A stretch of DNA of 64,000 nt from Minutocellus sp. GHC0000111 (Eukaryota), in the NCBI GenBank assembly GCA_977018835.1, contig OZ361257.1, positions 2,914,001 through 2,978,000 on the forward strand. The letters are read 5' to 3'. The notes beneath the pieces are model-generated. The model saw only the letters and a program-made list of their open reading frames with translations. It was not told where the DNA came from and did no database searches. Positions 1-12,446 of the stretch are shown here, piece after piece. The translations under genes were made by a program, and so were the position numbers. Numbering within the stretch: position 1 is the first letter of the stretch; each line of letters starts with the position of its first letter.

Positions 1-1541
1 ACCATCGGCATCCTCCTTAGCACTAGAATGGTTCTCAGCTTTCGTTCCGTTGGCACCATCATTCGAAAACGCCATCTTTTCGTTACTCTCGCTACCATTT
101 TTCCTTGGTCATCGTCACAAAAAGACAACACTGCCTCCTGCACACTGCACGAAGGGTGGTCGTCTTCCTCTGTGGCATTTTCGGGTTCAACCACTGGTTT
201 GTTCTCCGGCGCTGTGGCACTTGTCTTAATCTCGGTAGAGATAGTTCTCTGAATAGGCATTGCTTCATCCTCGACCGTCGTTGCATCAACCTTCTCCACC
301 ATAAGATCTAATTCGTCTTTGCTGTCTCGTAGACCGGTCGACGATGGCATATGGACCTCATGCTTGTCGTCGTTGTTTTCATCATCTCCGACTTCGATCT
401 CACCCTTCTCTTCCTCTCGAGTCTGATGATCGGGGACCACGCCCTCTTCTGGACCATCACGATGCTCATTCTCCATTGAGTACTTCTCGGTAGTACTAGT
501 AGGAATGCCGTAGTCAATCTTTTCCACGATCATATCGAGATCATCAATTTCTTTGTTCTTATCAGGGGCTTGATCATCATTGGTGTTTGACATGGTATTG
601 TCATAATCCACCGCTGCAATGATGAGGGAGGGTTCTCCCAGAAGGGAGATGGTAGCGGCAGCCTTAGCCTCAGCTTCTGCTGCCGAATCGACCTGTGATG
701 ACTCGGCTCTCAAGAGAGCGATGGTAGCTGCAGCCGTAGCTGCAGCGTTTGCCGCCGAAGCATCGGCATCGGTATTCTCCTTATCGTTCGACTTGGGAAT
801 TATTTGACGGGGTACATTTTCATCTGCCGATGAAGGAAATGTATCAAAGTTCTTGGCTGAAGAACGACGCGAGCCAATACGTGGCGTCTCGCCCTCAAAG
901 AAGGATCTCGTGGGCCCACCGGTAGGAATATCAGAGGAAAGAGGAATTGATTTCTTGACAGGAGGCGAAGATGGGGTCTCTTCCTCCAGCGCCGACGCTG
1001 CTGCTGTCTCCTCTTCCTTCTTCTCAGAAGCGACGACCTTCTTTTCTTCAATAGAAACGGGGGGAGTTAAGGTCTTTGGTGCGGGTACCGGAGGGGCATC
1101 CTTGAGAAGAGTGTGGTCGCCACTCTTCTTCATGTCCCCACCGGCGATGGCGATTCCTTCCGCACTGACGTTGGTGTTCAGCGTGCTTTCGCTGCCCTGT
1201 CGAAGGATGATATCGGTGTCGTCATCCGTGAGCAGCTCACTTGATGACCTGTCGGCGTGGACGAAGGCCTCCTTCAGTCGATCCCTCATGAGCTCGGCGG
1301 CCTCACCGTTGGTATATCGTTCGTCGCAAAGGCATCCCTTGAGATTTCTGTGATCATTTTCGTCACACTGCCGGATTGGATTGCACCCAAACACCATGTC
1401 GTCGAGCTGATCAATGATCTTGACGACACCATATGATCGTGAATCGTAGCCCCTTCGCTTTTGTCGCCTCTGCGATCGCGAGCCACTCGAGCGGCGGCGT
1501 TCCTCCTCCCTGTCATTGTCGTTGGAGTTTTCCGTCGGCAT
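1..1541 (-). CDS. Acidic, low-complexity protein of unknown function (3' end runs off the window)
   Basis: ATG at 1541 opens a frame (MPTENSNDNDREEERRRSS...) with no stop before the window edge, so it is absent from the ORF track. A composition switch at the T5 run 98-102 suggests a 1-nt frameshift (DQGKNGSESNEK is restored with one more A). Confidence 0.65.
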   Translation of the reverse strand, partial: MPTENSNDNDREEERRRSSGSRSQRRQKRRGYDSRSYGVVKIIDQLDDMVFGCNPIRQCDENDHRNLKGCLCDERYTNGEAAELMRDRLKEAFVHADRSSSELLTDDDTDIILRQGSESTLNTNVSAEGIAIAGGDMKKSGDHTLLKDAPPVPAPKTLTPPVSIEEKKVVASEKKEEETAAASALEEETPSSPPVKKSIPLSSDIPTGGPTRSFFEGETPRIGSRRSSAKNFDTFPSSADENVPRQIIPKSNDKENTDADASAANAAATAAATIALLRAESSQVDSAAEAEAKAAATISLLGEPSLIIAAVDYDNTMSNTNDDQAPDKNKEIDDLDMIVEKIDYGIPTSTTEKYSMENEHRDGPEEGVVPDHQTREEEKGEIEVGDDENNDDKHEVHMPSSTGLRDSKDELDLMVEKVDATTVEDEAMPIQRTISTEIKTSATAPENKPVVEPENATEEDDHPSCSVQEAVLSFCDDDQGKMVARVTKRWRFRMMVPTERKLRTILVLRRMPM

Positions 1542-2020
1542 TTTTCAATTGGTATGATGTGCCAGTTTGAAGTTATTCTCTACAAGATTTCAGTTCGGAT
1601 AATTTCAAGAAAATCGAATCATCGAAAGAATAATGCATACGATCGTACATGCCAATCAACAGGACAGAGAATTTTTTCTGCGAGGAGGCAAGATCAAGCT
1701 TGGAACCAGAGACTGCAACCCTTGCTTCGAACCATTGCAACAAGCGCAAGCTGGAAACGGTCCTCGCCAAAAATGTCCGGGTGTCTGACATCAATTTAGT
1801 TCTTCTGCCTGTCTGAAATTATTGCGAACACTGCGAGAAGGTTCGCAGCGGACAGGGTGGCATCATTGTTCGGCCGGAGAGCGATGCGGCGCGGGGGCAC
1901 GATTTAGCTTCGAATCACGGCCCCGGCAAACAAGGCTCTACCTTCAACAGATAGACGTTAGAACGCAGAAGTCAAATTATCTGGCACACAAAACACAATC
2001 AACATAGTCAATGTCAAACA

Positions 2021-3119
2021 ATGAATAAAATTGCTACCAGTATTGTCAGAAATGCTTTTGTCGTTGCCCTGCTGTCAGCGACGCAACCGCTCTCGCTCTC
2101 GTACGCAATCGATACCTCCCGGTTCTGTCCGGAAGGCGAGATGAATCTCGTCGGGCTGGTGAATGGCTAGAGCAGTCGTCACGACAATACATATTGCTGG
2201 AAGATCGAGGGAGGTAAGAGTGGCATAAGGCATGGCGCCAAGTGTTCTGGACCAATGTAACGAGAAAGACGAGTCACAACTCTTCATTCACTGCCATCTG
2301 GGACAGATCAATGGCAATGGCTCCTGGCACATCAACCTAAGTCCATACCTGGCTCCAGCATATATCGTATCGATAAAGAGGGAAGATGATGGCACTCCAC
2401 TCCGAATCGAACGAAGACATGACCCCCCGAAGGATGAGGAGACACTGTATCTTCTCGATAATATTGGAGCAGGTGATTCACATGTTGGAGTTGGTGGCCT
2501 TGGGATTGGTTGTGCAGACAACATTCCTGGTCATTTATCAGTTGATAAGCCAAACATTCACAATGTTCCTAGCGATTGTCTCCTACTCATGACACAAGGG
2601 CCGTCTGCCATCGAGGGCACAAGGATCGTGGCAAAGACAGCTACCCTTTTGAAAAAGAGAGAAAAGAATCGAAACTACGACATCATAAGTACTTGGTCTC
2701 TGTCCGATACTGGCATTGATCCTCCTCCAGAAGAGTCTGAACGTTCATGTGCCGAAGTATCCCCAAGCGGCAACATTTTCAAAATTGTAATGAGGGACAG
2801 TCTCAACAAGGAGGTGTCGCTCCTTCGTGTGAAGAAAAGAGACGATAGAATCTTTATTGCAACAGACCGTCCAGGTACTGACGATGCCTGGAATGTGCGC
2901 GTTACTGTACCCAACACCGACTGCGACGATTGTCCCATGGATATCAGAGCTGGCGTCCCTGATACCTCATGCAAGAGTCTGATGTCAAACTACGAGATGG
3001 TAGGCGATAGCCAGCTCACCTTTGTCGAAGATGAAAAATATCCTTGCACTACGTTCGGCAAAACATTCTCTACTTCGTGGTACTTGAATGGTTTTACTTT
3101 GGATAGGCAGAGATCATGA
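2021..3119 (+). pseudogene. Disrupted secreted Cys-containing protein, weakly ricin-B/beta-trefoil-like
   Basis: ATG 2021 gives signal-like MNKIATSIVRNAFVVALLSATQPLSLSYA. There is an in-frame TAG at 2168-2170, then CWKIEGG..HGAK and a frameshift near 2240 into the 2232..3119 frame (VLDQCNEKDESQLF, resembling a ricin-B L-x-x-C...Q-x-F repeat). Confidence 0.5.
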
Positions 3120-3231
3120 ATGATTATGGATAAACTCCATGTATTATTGTGATATTGTACAGCTGTATAAATTTTCACTCTAATAAAGTCCTAGAATATC
3201 TTTCCTTTTCTGCGGAAACAAATAGAGTGAG

Positions 3232-5358
3232 TTACTCCTTTTCCAGTTCATACCGAATCGATCCGCCCCATGTCTTGCTAGGATTGACCGCGCCGAAGCG
3301 ATAGTCCACTGACGACCCTGATTGGATTTCAATGAGAGAATTTTCAGTTTTGCCTTCTCCAAGCTGTGAAGTTTGGCCGAGGAGCAGCTCCCTTCCCTCA
3401 CTCAAGGTGATGTAAACTCCAATGGTCTGTCCAGCAGGGATTGTCAATGACTCGAATTGATCTTCTGGGATAGGAGTGAGCTTTCCCAGGCCCATTCCTT
3501 CCGCTATTATGTAGGGCTGACCATTATTTGGAGAGGTCCAGGCTCCTTCATCTCGTTCATGTCCGACATAAGATCCTGACTTGATCCAAACTTCGACGGG
3601 AACATTGGCATCGGTAGTCGACGTGTGAATGGACAAGCGCGTTATTTTGACGGGAAAATGCTTTGCGGTGATATCGAACATGACACCGGCTCTCGTGAAG
3701 CGATTGGTTAGGGGAGTTTGAAGGGAACCAGTGACCGGACTGTAGGCTTTGCTTTGTCCAACAGCATTGCCGTATGCCTAATCACAATAGCACCAACAGT
3801 GACGCGGGCATTGGCCCACAGTTCATCGAGTATGAAAGCGTCAAGGTTCTCCCCCGAAAAGGCTTGGCCGAGAATAGCCTTCATCGTACTCGCGTCGGGT
3901 ACAAATGTATCGTCACCCAGCTGGATCTCACCAGAAAATGTAGCCGTGTAAGTGGCAAACTGAAGCTGTAAATTTCTCGACTCGTTCGAACGGAGACGGC
4001 GCATCCTCTTGTTGCCAGGAGCGGAAAGGTCAACTGAGAGGGACATGGTGAGGAGATTTGGCACAGCATTCTGGACAAAGGGAATCAAATGGCTTGAAGT
4101 TGCAGCAACGAGTCTGTTCTGATCGATCTGTGTTGACGTGAGAAGTGTCATGGTGAAGGGCTCGATTTTGTAGAGCGACGGAGCGATACCAACCGCAGCT
4201 ACAGGAGAGCTTGTGGGATTTACCGTTACCGGTATGGGGACAGCGGCTACAGGAGCACTCGTTGGACTAATGGTTGCTGGAGCGTCTGTGGGAAATGGAC
4301 TGACGGGGGCATTTGTAGGTGCTGGACTAGCAGGAGCCTTGCTCGGACTTTGTGTCGGGTTAAACGTAGGGCCCGGTGTCGGGCTGGATGTCGTTTCAAC
4401 CTCAACCATTGTGACCACAGGCGTTGGACTGCTTGTTTCGACGACCACTGGTTTTCTCGTAGGGCTCAATGTTGGTGCGCGGGTTGGTTCAAGGGTAATT
4501 TGCACAACACCGCCACTGACACTTTCATTGTCAACGTCGACCGATTCCTCAGGAACAACCTCTGGAAAAATTGGGAAGAAAGAGGAAGTTGGTTCAGAAG
4601 TAGGACTGCCCAGTCCAATCGGTCCATCTATGCCACCCATGGTCGCCTGACTTACACTACCCGCGCTGGTACTGCCATCATTACCTCCGCCGCTGTTGTT
4701 TTGCATAAGCAATGCCACAGTCAACCCCACGATCGCCGAGAGAGCCACGGCCAGGAACAGCAGAACCCTCCAATCCTTGAGAGGATTCCTTCTCGTCGTC
4801 ATCATATACGGGCGTGGCCTCGACCTCATACGCCACGGGCACTGTTTTGGGCCGTCGCGGCTGATTGCGCAAATGTGCATACGGATCCTCCTCCTCGGCT
4901 TCCACATCGGCATCTTCGACTTCCTCATCGTGGCTACCATAATTCTCAATATCGGCAAGGTGAGTATTCATTCGTCTCTTTCGCGCTACATATTCGTCGT
5001 AGCTTTCGGTCGAGGCGGTGATGAGAGTGTCCAGCGATGGCTTTGTGTCAATCTTTTCCGACATTGTAACCGCAGAGATCGCTCCTGATTCCGTTGCGGC
5101 CAGCTGCTCTCGCACGTATGAAATACCGGGTTTGGTAGCAGGGGGCAATGTCGTTAGGCGAGCCTTCTTTGTAGCGTCGGCCGCCATACTGCCGGTCGAA
5201 TTCATCGACCGGGCTGAATTCTGCTGCCGAAGATGCCGAGGAGGTGGCTGACTCGTCTCAATGACGGGCAGAGCAGCAACGGCCTCGGACTCGACCGTGG
5301 CCTCATCGTTCATTGCTCGTTCATTGCTCTTTGATGCGGACGCGGATGTGCCACTCAT
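3232..5358 (-). pseudogene. Type II membrane protein with Pro/Thr/Ser mucin-like stalk, RXL motifs and C-terminal globular domain; two frameshifts
   Basis: ORFs 4681..5358, 3708..4958 and 3232..3681 join into one coherent protein through 1-nt shifts near 4788 (DDEK/NPLKDWRVLLFL TM helix) and near 3775 (GNAVGQ...AGVMFDI). It contains SPT/APT repeats and RMRRLRSNESRNLQ. Confidence 0.65.
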
Positions 5359-5941
5359 TTTTGTTCGCCTCTGTTCCTAAAATTGTACCGTTGCGAACTA
5401 GTCTAGTACCTTTCAGATCGCCACGTGCTCTACCAAACAGGCGAGTGGCAGCAACGAATGTATCAAAGCGTGGCGCAGCCAGAAAAAGTAATGCGGTTTG
5501 TTAGGTCAGTAACTGTTCAGCTCCACCTGCCGCGGAACCTTTTTTTTCAGCCCAGCAACGGCCAACGATCGATCGGCACGATCTGATTTTGCAGATCTGA
5601 TGGCAGTTGTTTTCGATGGATGAGTGAGTCGAGTAAGTCGAGACAAGTCAGTCGAGTCAGTCATTTCTGAAATTGCCGTTCGTCCGATCATGGATGGGAT
5701 TGCCGATGTTTGAATTCATTTGTGCCGAAGAACACGCGAAGCCGGTCTTTCACTCTCTCGTACGACTCGCATGCCACTAAAGACCTCGCAAGCAAGAATG
5801 AGGGCAGCGGCAGCGAATTCGATGGCGGCGGTCAGCCCTACGTGCTCCTCACTCCTCACATAACACTACCGGTAAGAGATTCTTCCTCAACACATCAACT
5901 GAAAGTTAAGCGTTACTTTCATTTCCTCCCATCTGATCAAC

Positions 5942-6604
5942 ATGTACACTCGAATCGCCGTCGCCTCCCTCATCGCCTTTAGCATTGCGTCGTCCATCGA
6001 TGCCTCCCTGTCGTCACCATCTGTCGCTGGAGCATCTGACGCTAAAGAAATCAACGCCAATCACATCCACAACCTCCTTCGCCAGCGTCGTCGTCTGAAG
6101 AGTGGCAAAGGCAACCAGGGAGGTGGAAGCGACGACGAAGCCAAGAGCAGCAAGCAGGGCAACACAGGAACAGGAGGGGGCGGCACCGCCACTGGATCGG
6201 AAAATTTCAACAAAGTAATCAACATTCCGATCCTCGGGAGTGGTGGGACTATCAGTGGCACTCCCAATGGAGGAGGAGGAGGAGGAGGTGGTGATGATGA
6301 AAGCGAAGACGGCGGTGGAGATGATATCGATAGCGACCCTATGACCAACTCCAACAGGGGTGACGACGAGAACACCGACGAGATGACTGGTGGTGGCAGC
6401 GATAATGCTGGGAACATCAACGCCGGTCTCGATTGCGGTCAGATCATCCCGACCGCTGAAGGCCCTTTCGAAACTGAAGAGTGCAACGGCTCCTGCGAGT
6501 GCGAAGAGGACGCCTGTTGCATTCAGCACGTGGCTCGCTTCTGTGCCCCAAGGGGCGATAATGGAATGAGCACGTTTGGCGGTGGCTTCATGCCATGCAT
6601 CTAG
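5942..6604 (+). CDS. Secreted Gly/Asp-rich protein with RRL propeptide site, KxxK motifs and Cys-rich C-terminus (candidate cell-wall/biosilica protein)
   Basis: Signal peptide MYTRIAVASLIAFSIASSIDA; RQRRRL-KSGK and KSSK; poly-Gly and acidic tracts; 8 Cys in the C-terminal ~60 aa. Confidence 0.75.
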   Translation: MYTRIAVASLIAFSIASSIDASLSSPSVAGASDAKEINANHIHNLLRQRRRLKSGKGNQGGGSDDEAKSSKQGNTGTGGGGTATGSENFNKVINIPILGSGGTISGTPNGGGGGGGGDDESEDGGGDDIDSDPMTNSNRGDDENTDEMTGGGSDNAGNINAGLDCGQIIPTAEGPFETEECNGSCECEEDACCIQHVARFCAPRGDNGMSTFGGGFMPCI

Positions 6605-6776
6605 GTAGAGAGCAATGATTGTATTTGTATATTGTGTATGTGTTGGTAGAGTATGTAGAATTGCCATTAGAATCTAGCCCACTAGGACTGAAAACTAAGA
6701 TAAAGATTTGGCATTGCCATAATGTAACTTTTTTGGATACGAAATGCATGAGTTCAAATAGAACGAGGAGAGCCAA

Positions 6777-8207
6777 TTATTGGCGAGTTTGATAACAGAT
6801 CTGTATCATTGGATATGGAGAGCGACGGTTGGAGTGTTGGGCACCGGCCCTGCTTGCTACATATTCGGGATGAAACAATTCCAGGAACATCTTCCCGTCC
6901 GTGAGATGCTTCAGAGCAGCGTTCACCGTGATGGCAAATCGCTTGAATTCCGATGCATTGTAGGATGAGTACGTCCTGGCGATGAATAGTGAACTCACAA
7001 CACTGCCGTGCGAGTTGCTACCCTTTCCATTGTCAATAGTTTTGCCTGCATCGAACAGATTGCTAATTTCATCCCAGATATCAGCATATGCTTGCTCAGC
7101 AATGGTAGCGTCTGATACTTTGATCGTATTGTCGATTGCTCTATCCATGTGCTTCAGAGGCGATGGGTTTTCACTTTGCTGGTCCTTGATCCATTGCTTT
7201 GATGCTGCAATGATATCTGCTTCAGATAATTCCTGATACGTATGACCAAATGAACGAGAATCAGTCACGGAAGACACGGCGGCAGGAGAATTGAACAATC
7301 TCTCCAAGCTTCTCTTCTTTTCGCTCAATCGTGGAACAAAATCAGCAATATCGGAACTCGTAATGCTTTCCGCCTTCTCCTCGGGCTCACCAATGCGCAC
7401 AATCTCATCTTCTTGGTCGTCATTGGTTGCTGCAGCCTCTGATTTTCCCAACACGTGAAGTCCCATCGATGGAAACGGTGAATGGTGCTCAGGATATATC
7501 ATCTTTGGAGCGTGCTCGTAGCGAGGGTGAAAAAGGACCACAATGAATCTTTTGCCGTAATGTGTGCATGAATTCTGACAAAACTCCATTGCTGAGCCCA
7601 TCAATTTGAGTGTATCGTAGTCATACAATTCCTCGCATCTTGGGAATATTTGAAGATATAGTTGGCCGTGTTCCACATTGTCCGTCTCCCACATATCTGT
7701 TGGATAGTACTCATCCGCATTCTCACCAATAAAGGCGATAATTGATCTCCACGCCGAAGCCAGACAACCTACTAAGGAAGAGCTATTGTGAGTTTCCAGC
7801 CCCAGCAGACCACCGCCAAAAATACTTTTATCCGACGTTGATTCTTCACCAGCAACAAGCCCAGTATCTTTGATCCATTGTCTTGTTTCATCCTCTACTT
7901 GCGCAACTGATAGAACTGATGCCGACTCCAGATCATGGCCGAAGAGTCTCCTTTGCATTGCGTCGGTCTTTTCCTTTGCCATACCAGTTCCGATTGCAGT
8001 GCCATCACTTTCGCCTTGACCACAATGCCCCTTCGGCGTCCAGCCGAATGTGTGGTCTCGCGAAACATCATCAAAGTAAAACAAAGCAGTAGATCGTCCT
8101 CTACTAGTCAGTAATTTGCTGGGCGGAAATTGATCCGAGAAGAATGCGGATACTGCAGGCAATGTGCTCCAGAACAGGAGGAGTGCCGCATGACACTTAT
8201 TGGACAT
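6777..8207 (-). CDS. Plastid-targeted protein with two DUF1415-like repeats
   Basis: Signal ending AVSA-FF (ASAF-type). Two copies of a xxWI...FHPxY...SP(F/Y)P module (LFHPRY..HHSPFP and LFHPEY..RRSPYP) resemble DUF1415. Confidence 0.65.
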   Translation of the reverse strand: MSNKCHAALLLFWSTLPAVSAFFSDQFPPSKLLTSRGRSTALFYFDDVSRDHTFGWTPKGHCGQGESDGTAIGTGMAKEKTDAMQRRLFGHDLESASVLSVAQVEDETRQWIKDTGLVAGEESTSDKSIFGGGLLGLETHNSSSLVGCLASAWRSIIAFIGENADEYYPTDMWETDNVEHGQLYLQIFPRCEELYDYDTLKLMGSAMEFCQNSCTHYGKRFIVVLFHPRYEHAPKMIYPEHHSPFPSMGLHVLGKSEAAATNDDQEDEIVRIGEPEEKAESITSSDIADFVPRLSEKKRSLERLFNSPAAVSSVTDSRSFGHTYQELSEADIIAASKQWIKDQQSENPSPLKHMDRAIDNTIKVSDATIAEQAYADIWDEISNLFDAGKTIDNGKGSNSHGSVVSSLFIARTYSSYNASEFKRFAITVNAALKHLTDGKMFLELFHPEYVASRAGAQHSNRRSPYPMIQICYQTRQ

Positions 8208-8726
8208 GATCAGAATTTTTTTGGCTGGAAAAGATACGGACGTGAAATCTAGTAGTGAATGAAGGAGACTGCCAAACTACGCCGAGTATAATGAAGATGT
8301 AACCCAAAGGAAAGATTAGTAGTGTGATGAAATGGGGAGAGAGGCTGTGCAAGGGACGTCGATAGTAGTAATGGTTCGTGCAGATAGTAAAAAGTTCTGA
8401 TGCCGAGCGCCGAGCGATGCCGATGTGCCGATGGAAGTTCCGAAGTCTTTCCCGAGCAAACGACGGACGGACGAAGCCGCCGGCGAAAGGCGAGGCGAGG
8501 CGATCGCGAGGGAAAAAACGAACATGACCGAGGTAGATCTAGATAATCGAATAATCGACTCGAACTCGACTCGCTTCACTCCACAACACGATTACGTGGC
8601 TCTTTACGACCATGTTGTCATCCTTCTCACCAATGTTGAATCTAGAGCATGTAGATCTACGTGCAACTCTAGCTAGCGCATCCAACTGGCACACAATTTC
8701 ATCGATATGGTATTCATTTTACTTTT

Positions 8727-10974
8727 TTAATTCTTCTTCGATCTCCTGGACTTCTTCTTCATGCTACCACCAGTATCAGCGTAGTCCTTCTCGACCTCCC
8801 TCCGCTCCTTCTTGAGGCGCTCGACCTTTTGCTTTACTATGGTCTTCCCGTCCTTCTTCTCTTTGCTATACTCAAGCTCCTTCCGTCTTTGCTGCAGATC
8901 TTCAATCTTCTTGGACTTTTGTTCGAGACCGTGCTGCATGCGACCGTAGAGTCGAGCGGCCTTCTTGCTCATCATCATCTTGGCCAGCTCCTTGGTCTCG
9001 GCGTCTTCCTCACGTCGGCGCTTCTTCATCTTCTCAGCCTTAACGTCCTCGTCTTCCTCCTCGGAATCAGTATCATCTTCGTTCTCACTGCTATCATCGT
9101 CAGCACTTGCTTCGTCCTTGGCCTTTGTCTTCTCCGCCATCTTGGCATCATCGTCCTCATCTGCAGAGCTCTCTGCTGCAACCACCTCTGTAGTCTGTAC
9201 GTCAAGAATTTCACCATTTTTGATCTTTTCCACCTCCTCGGCGTAGGCCGGCTTGTATCCTTCCTCCTCGTCATCGACCCAGGGCGATAGATGAGGTGGC
9301 AAGGCAGCACCGATCGCGTACCGACTGCAGGGGAGCAAAAAGTGAAAGTTGGCACAGTCCAAAATCCATTGAGGCTGAACAAACTCCCGTGACTTGGGAA
9401 GGGCGTCGAAAGAGGAGGGAAGCTTGGGGCGATCAACAATGTGGTGGGTAATGGAAGGATCACTGGCAGCGATGGGGCTGTCGCTGTCATCCCATCCAAC
9501 CTTGCCACCGAAGGCCAAGCATACCAGCTCAAGGTAGCCGCGGGGGACCTCGCGAGAGATGAAGAAGGTAAGGCCAGCAAAGAGGCGACGGCGCTTGGTC
9601 GCTTCATCATCAAGAGAGGCGCCAGAACCATCTCCGTCCACAGCTGCGCCTCCAATTTGATCTTCGGCATTGGACACACTCTCGAGGGCGGCCTTGAGAG
9701 GCGAACTCAAATCAACATCATCTTCGTCGTCGCTGTCATCTCCGTCATCGCTATCCTCGCCAGCAATCTTGTTGAGGGCAACATCTACCGACTTGATCAG
9801 AGCCTTGCTCTTCTTGGAAAGCTTCTTCTTTCCACCATTATCACCATCATTCTCTTCGGCATTGGCATCCTCCTTGGATGCCTCGATAGCCTCGGTGACG
9901 GCATTGCTGACCATACTCTTGGAGTCTCTCGCATCTCTACTCAGGGCACGCAGATTCGCCGCCAGGACGGAGCTGGCATTGTTGCGCTCCACGCTAGACA
10001 CAGCAAGGGGATAACGCACGCCAATATCGTTGTAAAGCTTGTACAGAACAAAGCCCAGAAGAGTCTCGTAAAACTCAAAGAAGGTGAGCATGACGCGGTA
10101 GTCGACATCCTCTGGCATGTTCTGAGTGAAGGCATGGGGGACGACCCAGCGGACGGTACTGCCCTGAATGTTGGCCTCAAAGTACACACCCTTGACCGAG
10201 ACGAAGGACTTGGTGATGGACGAGGTGGTGGCACAGTATGCACCCCAGGCAGCAGCCAACGACTTGGCTTTGTTGGTGATGCGAGACTTGATACGCCTCT
10301 CGGATGGGAGGGCTGCAAACAGATAGACCAGAGTCAGGGCATCATCGACGTCCGAGATGGCATCGACGAAACGAGGGTATCTCTCGCGGACCAAGTGGTG
10401 CAGCGTGTACGTTGGGGCATAATTCTCCATGCGGGCAGCTTCATCCTTTTCGTTACGTCCAGCGGCACGACGGACCTAATACAATATTATAATGTTGATG
10501 GCATCGAAGAAAGGGAGGAAAGAAAAGTGAGAAAACGGACAAAGGCCGACAATACTATAGATGATATATCATAGATATCAAATGCAATAACAACCAAACG
10601 AAATAATGGTGCCTCTCGCTCACCTTCTTCATAAAGGCACTGAATTCACGGAACTTGTACAGAACTGGCTCGTGAGCAATGGCACGAACATCCTTGATGT
10701 GGTAGTAGACCTGCCCCTTCTTGTTGCCGGGCGCTCTGCCGCGGGGCTCACGAGGGTAGATGCCCTTGAGGATGCAAAGACGACGAAAGTCCTTGAGGCT
10801 GATCTGCAGCTTCCGCAGACAGGCCGATCGGCCGATGAAGGTGGCATCGATTCCGGAATGATCCTTCTTCTGCTTCTTGCCCATCCGCGACAGCTTCCGC
10901 TTCGAGCCCATGCCCGAGTGGCTGGCCGCCTTGATGGACTTCTTCTTGACGCGTCCCTTGACTCGATTGCCCAT
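8727..10974 (-). CDS. PES1: Pescadillo/Nop7 (60S biogenesis, BRCT domain); intron 10476-10623
   Basis: [49 protein letters not shown] (QPQWILDC) and [15 protein letters not shown]...TTAG intron joins the frames ([13 protein letters not shown]). Confidence 0.97.
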
Positions 10975-11365
10975 GGTTGCGTGTTTTTGTTCGTTGCCAC
11001 CAATGTGGTAGGCAGAGAGAGATACAAACGCAGGACGGGCACGGAGGGCCGGGTGGGTGGTGTGGAAACAAGCACAAAAATTGCGCGCCTTGATTTGATG
11101 GTTTTGCGAGAATCGTCCGTCCGTCGATGCGGAGATGCGAATACTCCTCTAATTCAACGTTGATCCTAAAACACGAGAAAAACTGTCATGAGAGTGTCCC
11201 TTCGTGCGTCCGTCGCGATGATGTGGAGGCTTCACTTCAACAGGTCAACATCATCTTTTGCTCGATACCTAGGTACACCATCAACGCATCAACGCATCAA
11301 CGCCCAACTTGTAGGCACGTACAGACCCATCTCACTCGGAACATCCAAACCAAGAATACATAAAT

Positions 11366-11785
11366 ATGAGGAGTTTCCTGGCAGTAATTTTCGCGGCATT
11401 CGCCGCTTCGGCTTCGGCCTTCGTCCCCAACTCGGCTATCGGCCGTTCTGTGGTGTCCTCCACTGCACGGATCCCCCAGGGATCAGAATACATTGCCTCC
11501 CAGCAACCGGTTGCCGTCCGCAAGAGCCGCAGCTCCGTCGCATCGGTACAGACCATGGGCCTCTTCGGTCTCGGTGGGCCGGAAATTGCCGTCATTCTCG
11601 TCGCTGCTGCCTTCCTCCTGGGACCACAGAAGCTTGCGGAACTCGGAAAGGACGCCGGAAAGATTGCCGGTGAGCTCAAGGAGGTTCCCAAGGAGTTCCA
11701 GGCCGGTATGGCCGAGGGCGAGGCAGCCGCTAAGGAAATGAAGAACGAGGTCATTGGAGAGGCCAAGGATGCCGAGAAGGAGTAA
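11366..11785 (+). CDS. tatA: Plastid twin-arginine translocase TatA/Tha4-like subunit
   Basis: ASA-FVP bipartite presequence; GLFGLGGPEIAVILVAAAFLLGPQKL plus amphipathic helix. Confidence 0.9.
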   Translation: MRSFLAVIFAAFAASASAFVPNSAIGRSVVSSTARIPQGSEYIASQQPVAVRKSRSSVASVQTMGLFGLGGPEIAVILVAAAFLLGPQKLAELGKDAGKIAGELKEVPKEFQAGMAEGEAAAKEMKNEVIGEAKDAEKE

Positions 11786-12446
11786 GCTTTGTGTTGGACG
11801 AAGGCAAAAGAGGATGTGTGTTTTTCTAGGAGATGAAGTGGCGCTGAGAGAGGATGGCTTGCTACTCACTTTGCTACCGGTGGATTCTCAATTTCACTCG
11901 TCTGTAAGTATGAAGGCAGCATGTTTCAGCAATATCTCGCTGCAAATTACAGCTGAATGGCAATGGGATTGGAGGAAGTGGAAATGAACTTTAATCGATA
12001 CAGGACTATGTGCTGACGGAAGGAGCCCTGGCACGATACTGCGTCGTGAGAGAGTTGATAGATATTGGTAGAGATGTTTCTATTCGTTTGCGCGTGCATT
12101 ACTACTACTTGGATAAATACATATGTATGACTTAAATTTAAGGCGCAACGATTGCTTACCAAGAGCGAGGCTAAAGTAGTACGAATGAAAATGGGATTTG
12201 CATGTGCTACGGGCATGATTCACATTTCTTAATATTGCTCTGCTTGTTGCTGAGTTGAGCACCACTTCAGGAACTACTTTCACCAAAGTTATCATACTAA
12301 ATATCGGTCCCAAATACAGAGCATCGCATATGTATTCACCGATATCCATGCGATATGTTGTTTCCATCCACTGATGGAAACATGTCAGCTCCCAACGATT
12401 GTTCATTGTTGTATCGAACCAATGCACATAGCACCCTACAAACTCG

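Noticed and set aside
9441..10574. Long plus-strand ORF (likewise 15841..16830, 31271..32305, 45101..46351, 55222..56208, 61951..63018)
   Set aside because: Antisense shadows of codon-biased real genes, with no recognisable motifs.
12080..12440. ORF between the two Tat genes
   Set aside because: It overlaps the Tat paralogue in another frame, has no motifs, and is AT-rich UTR-like sequence.
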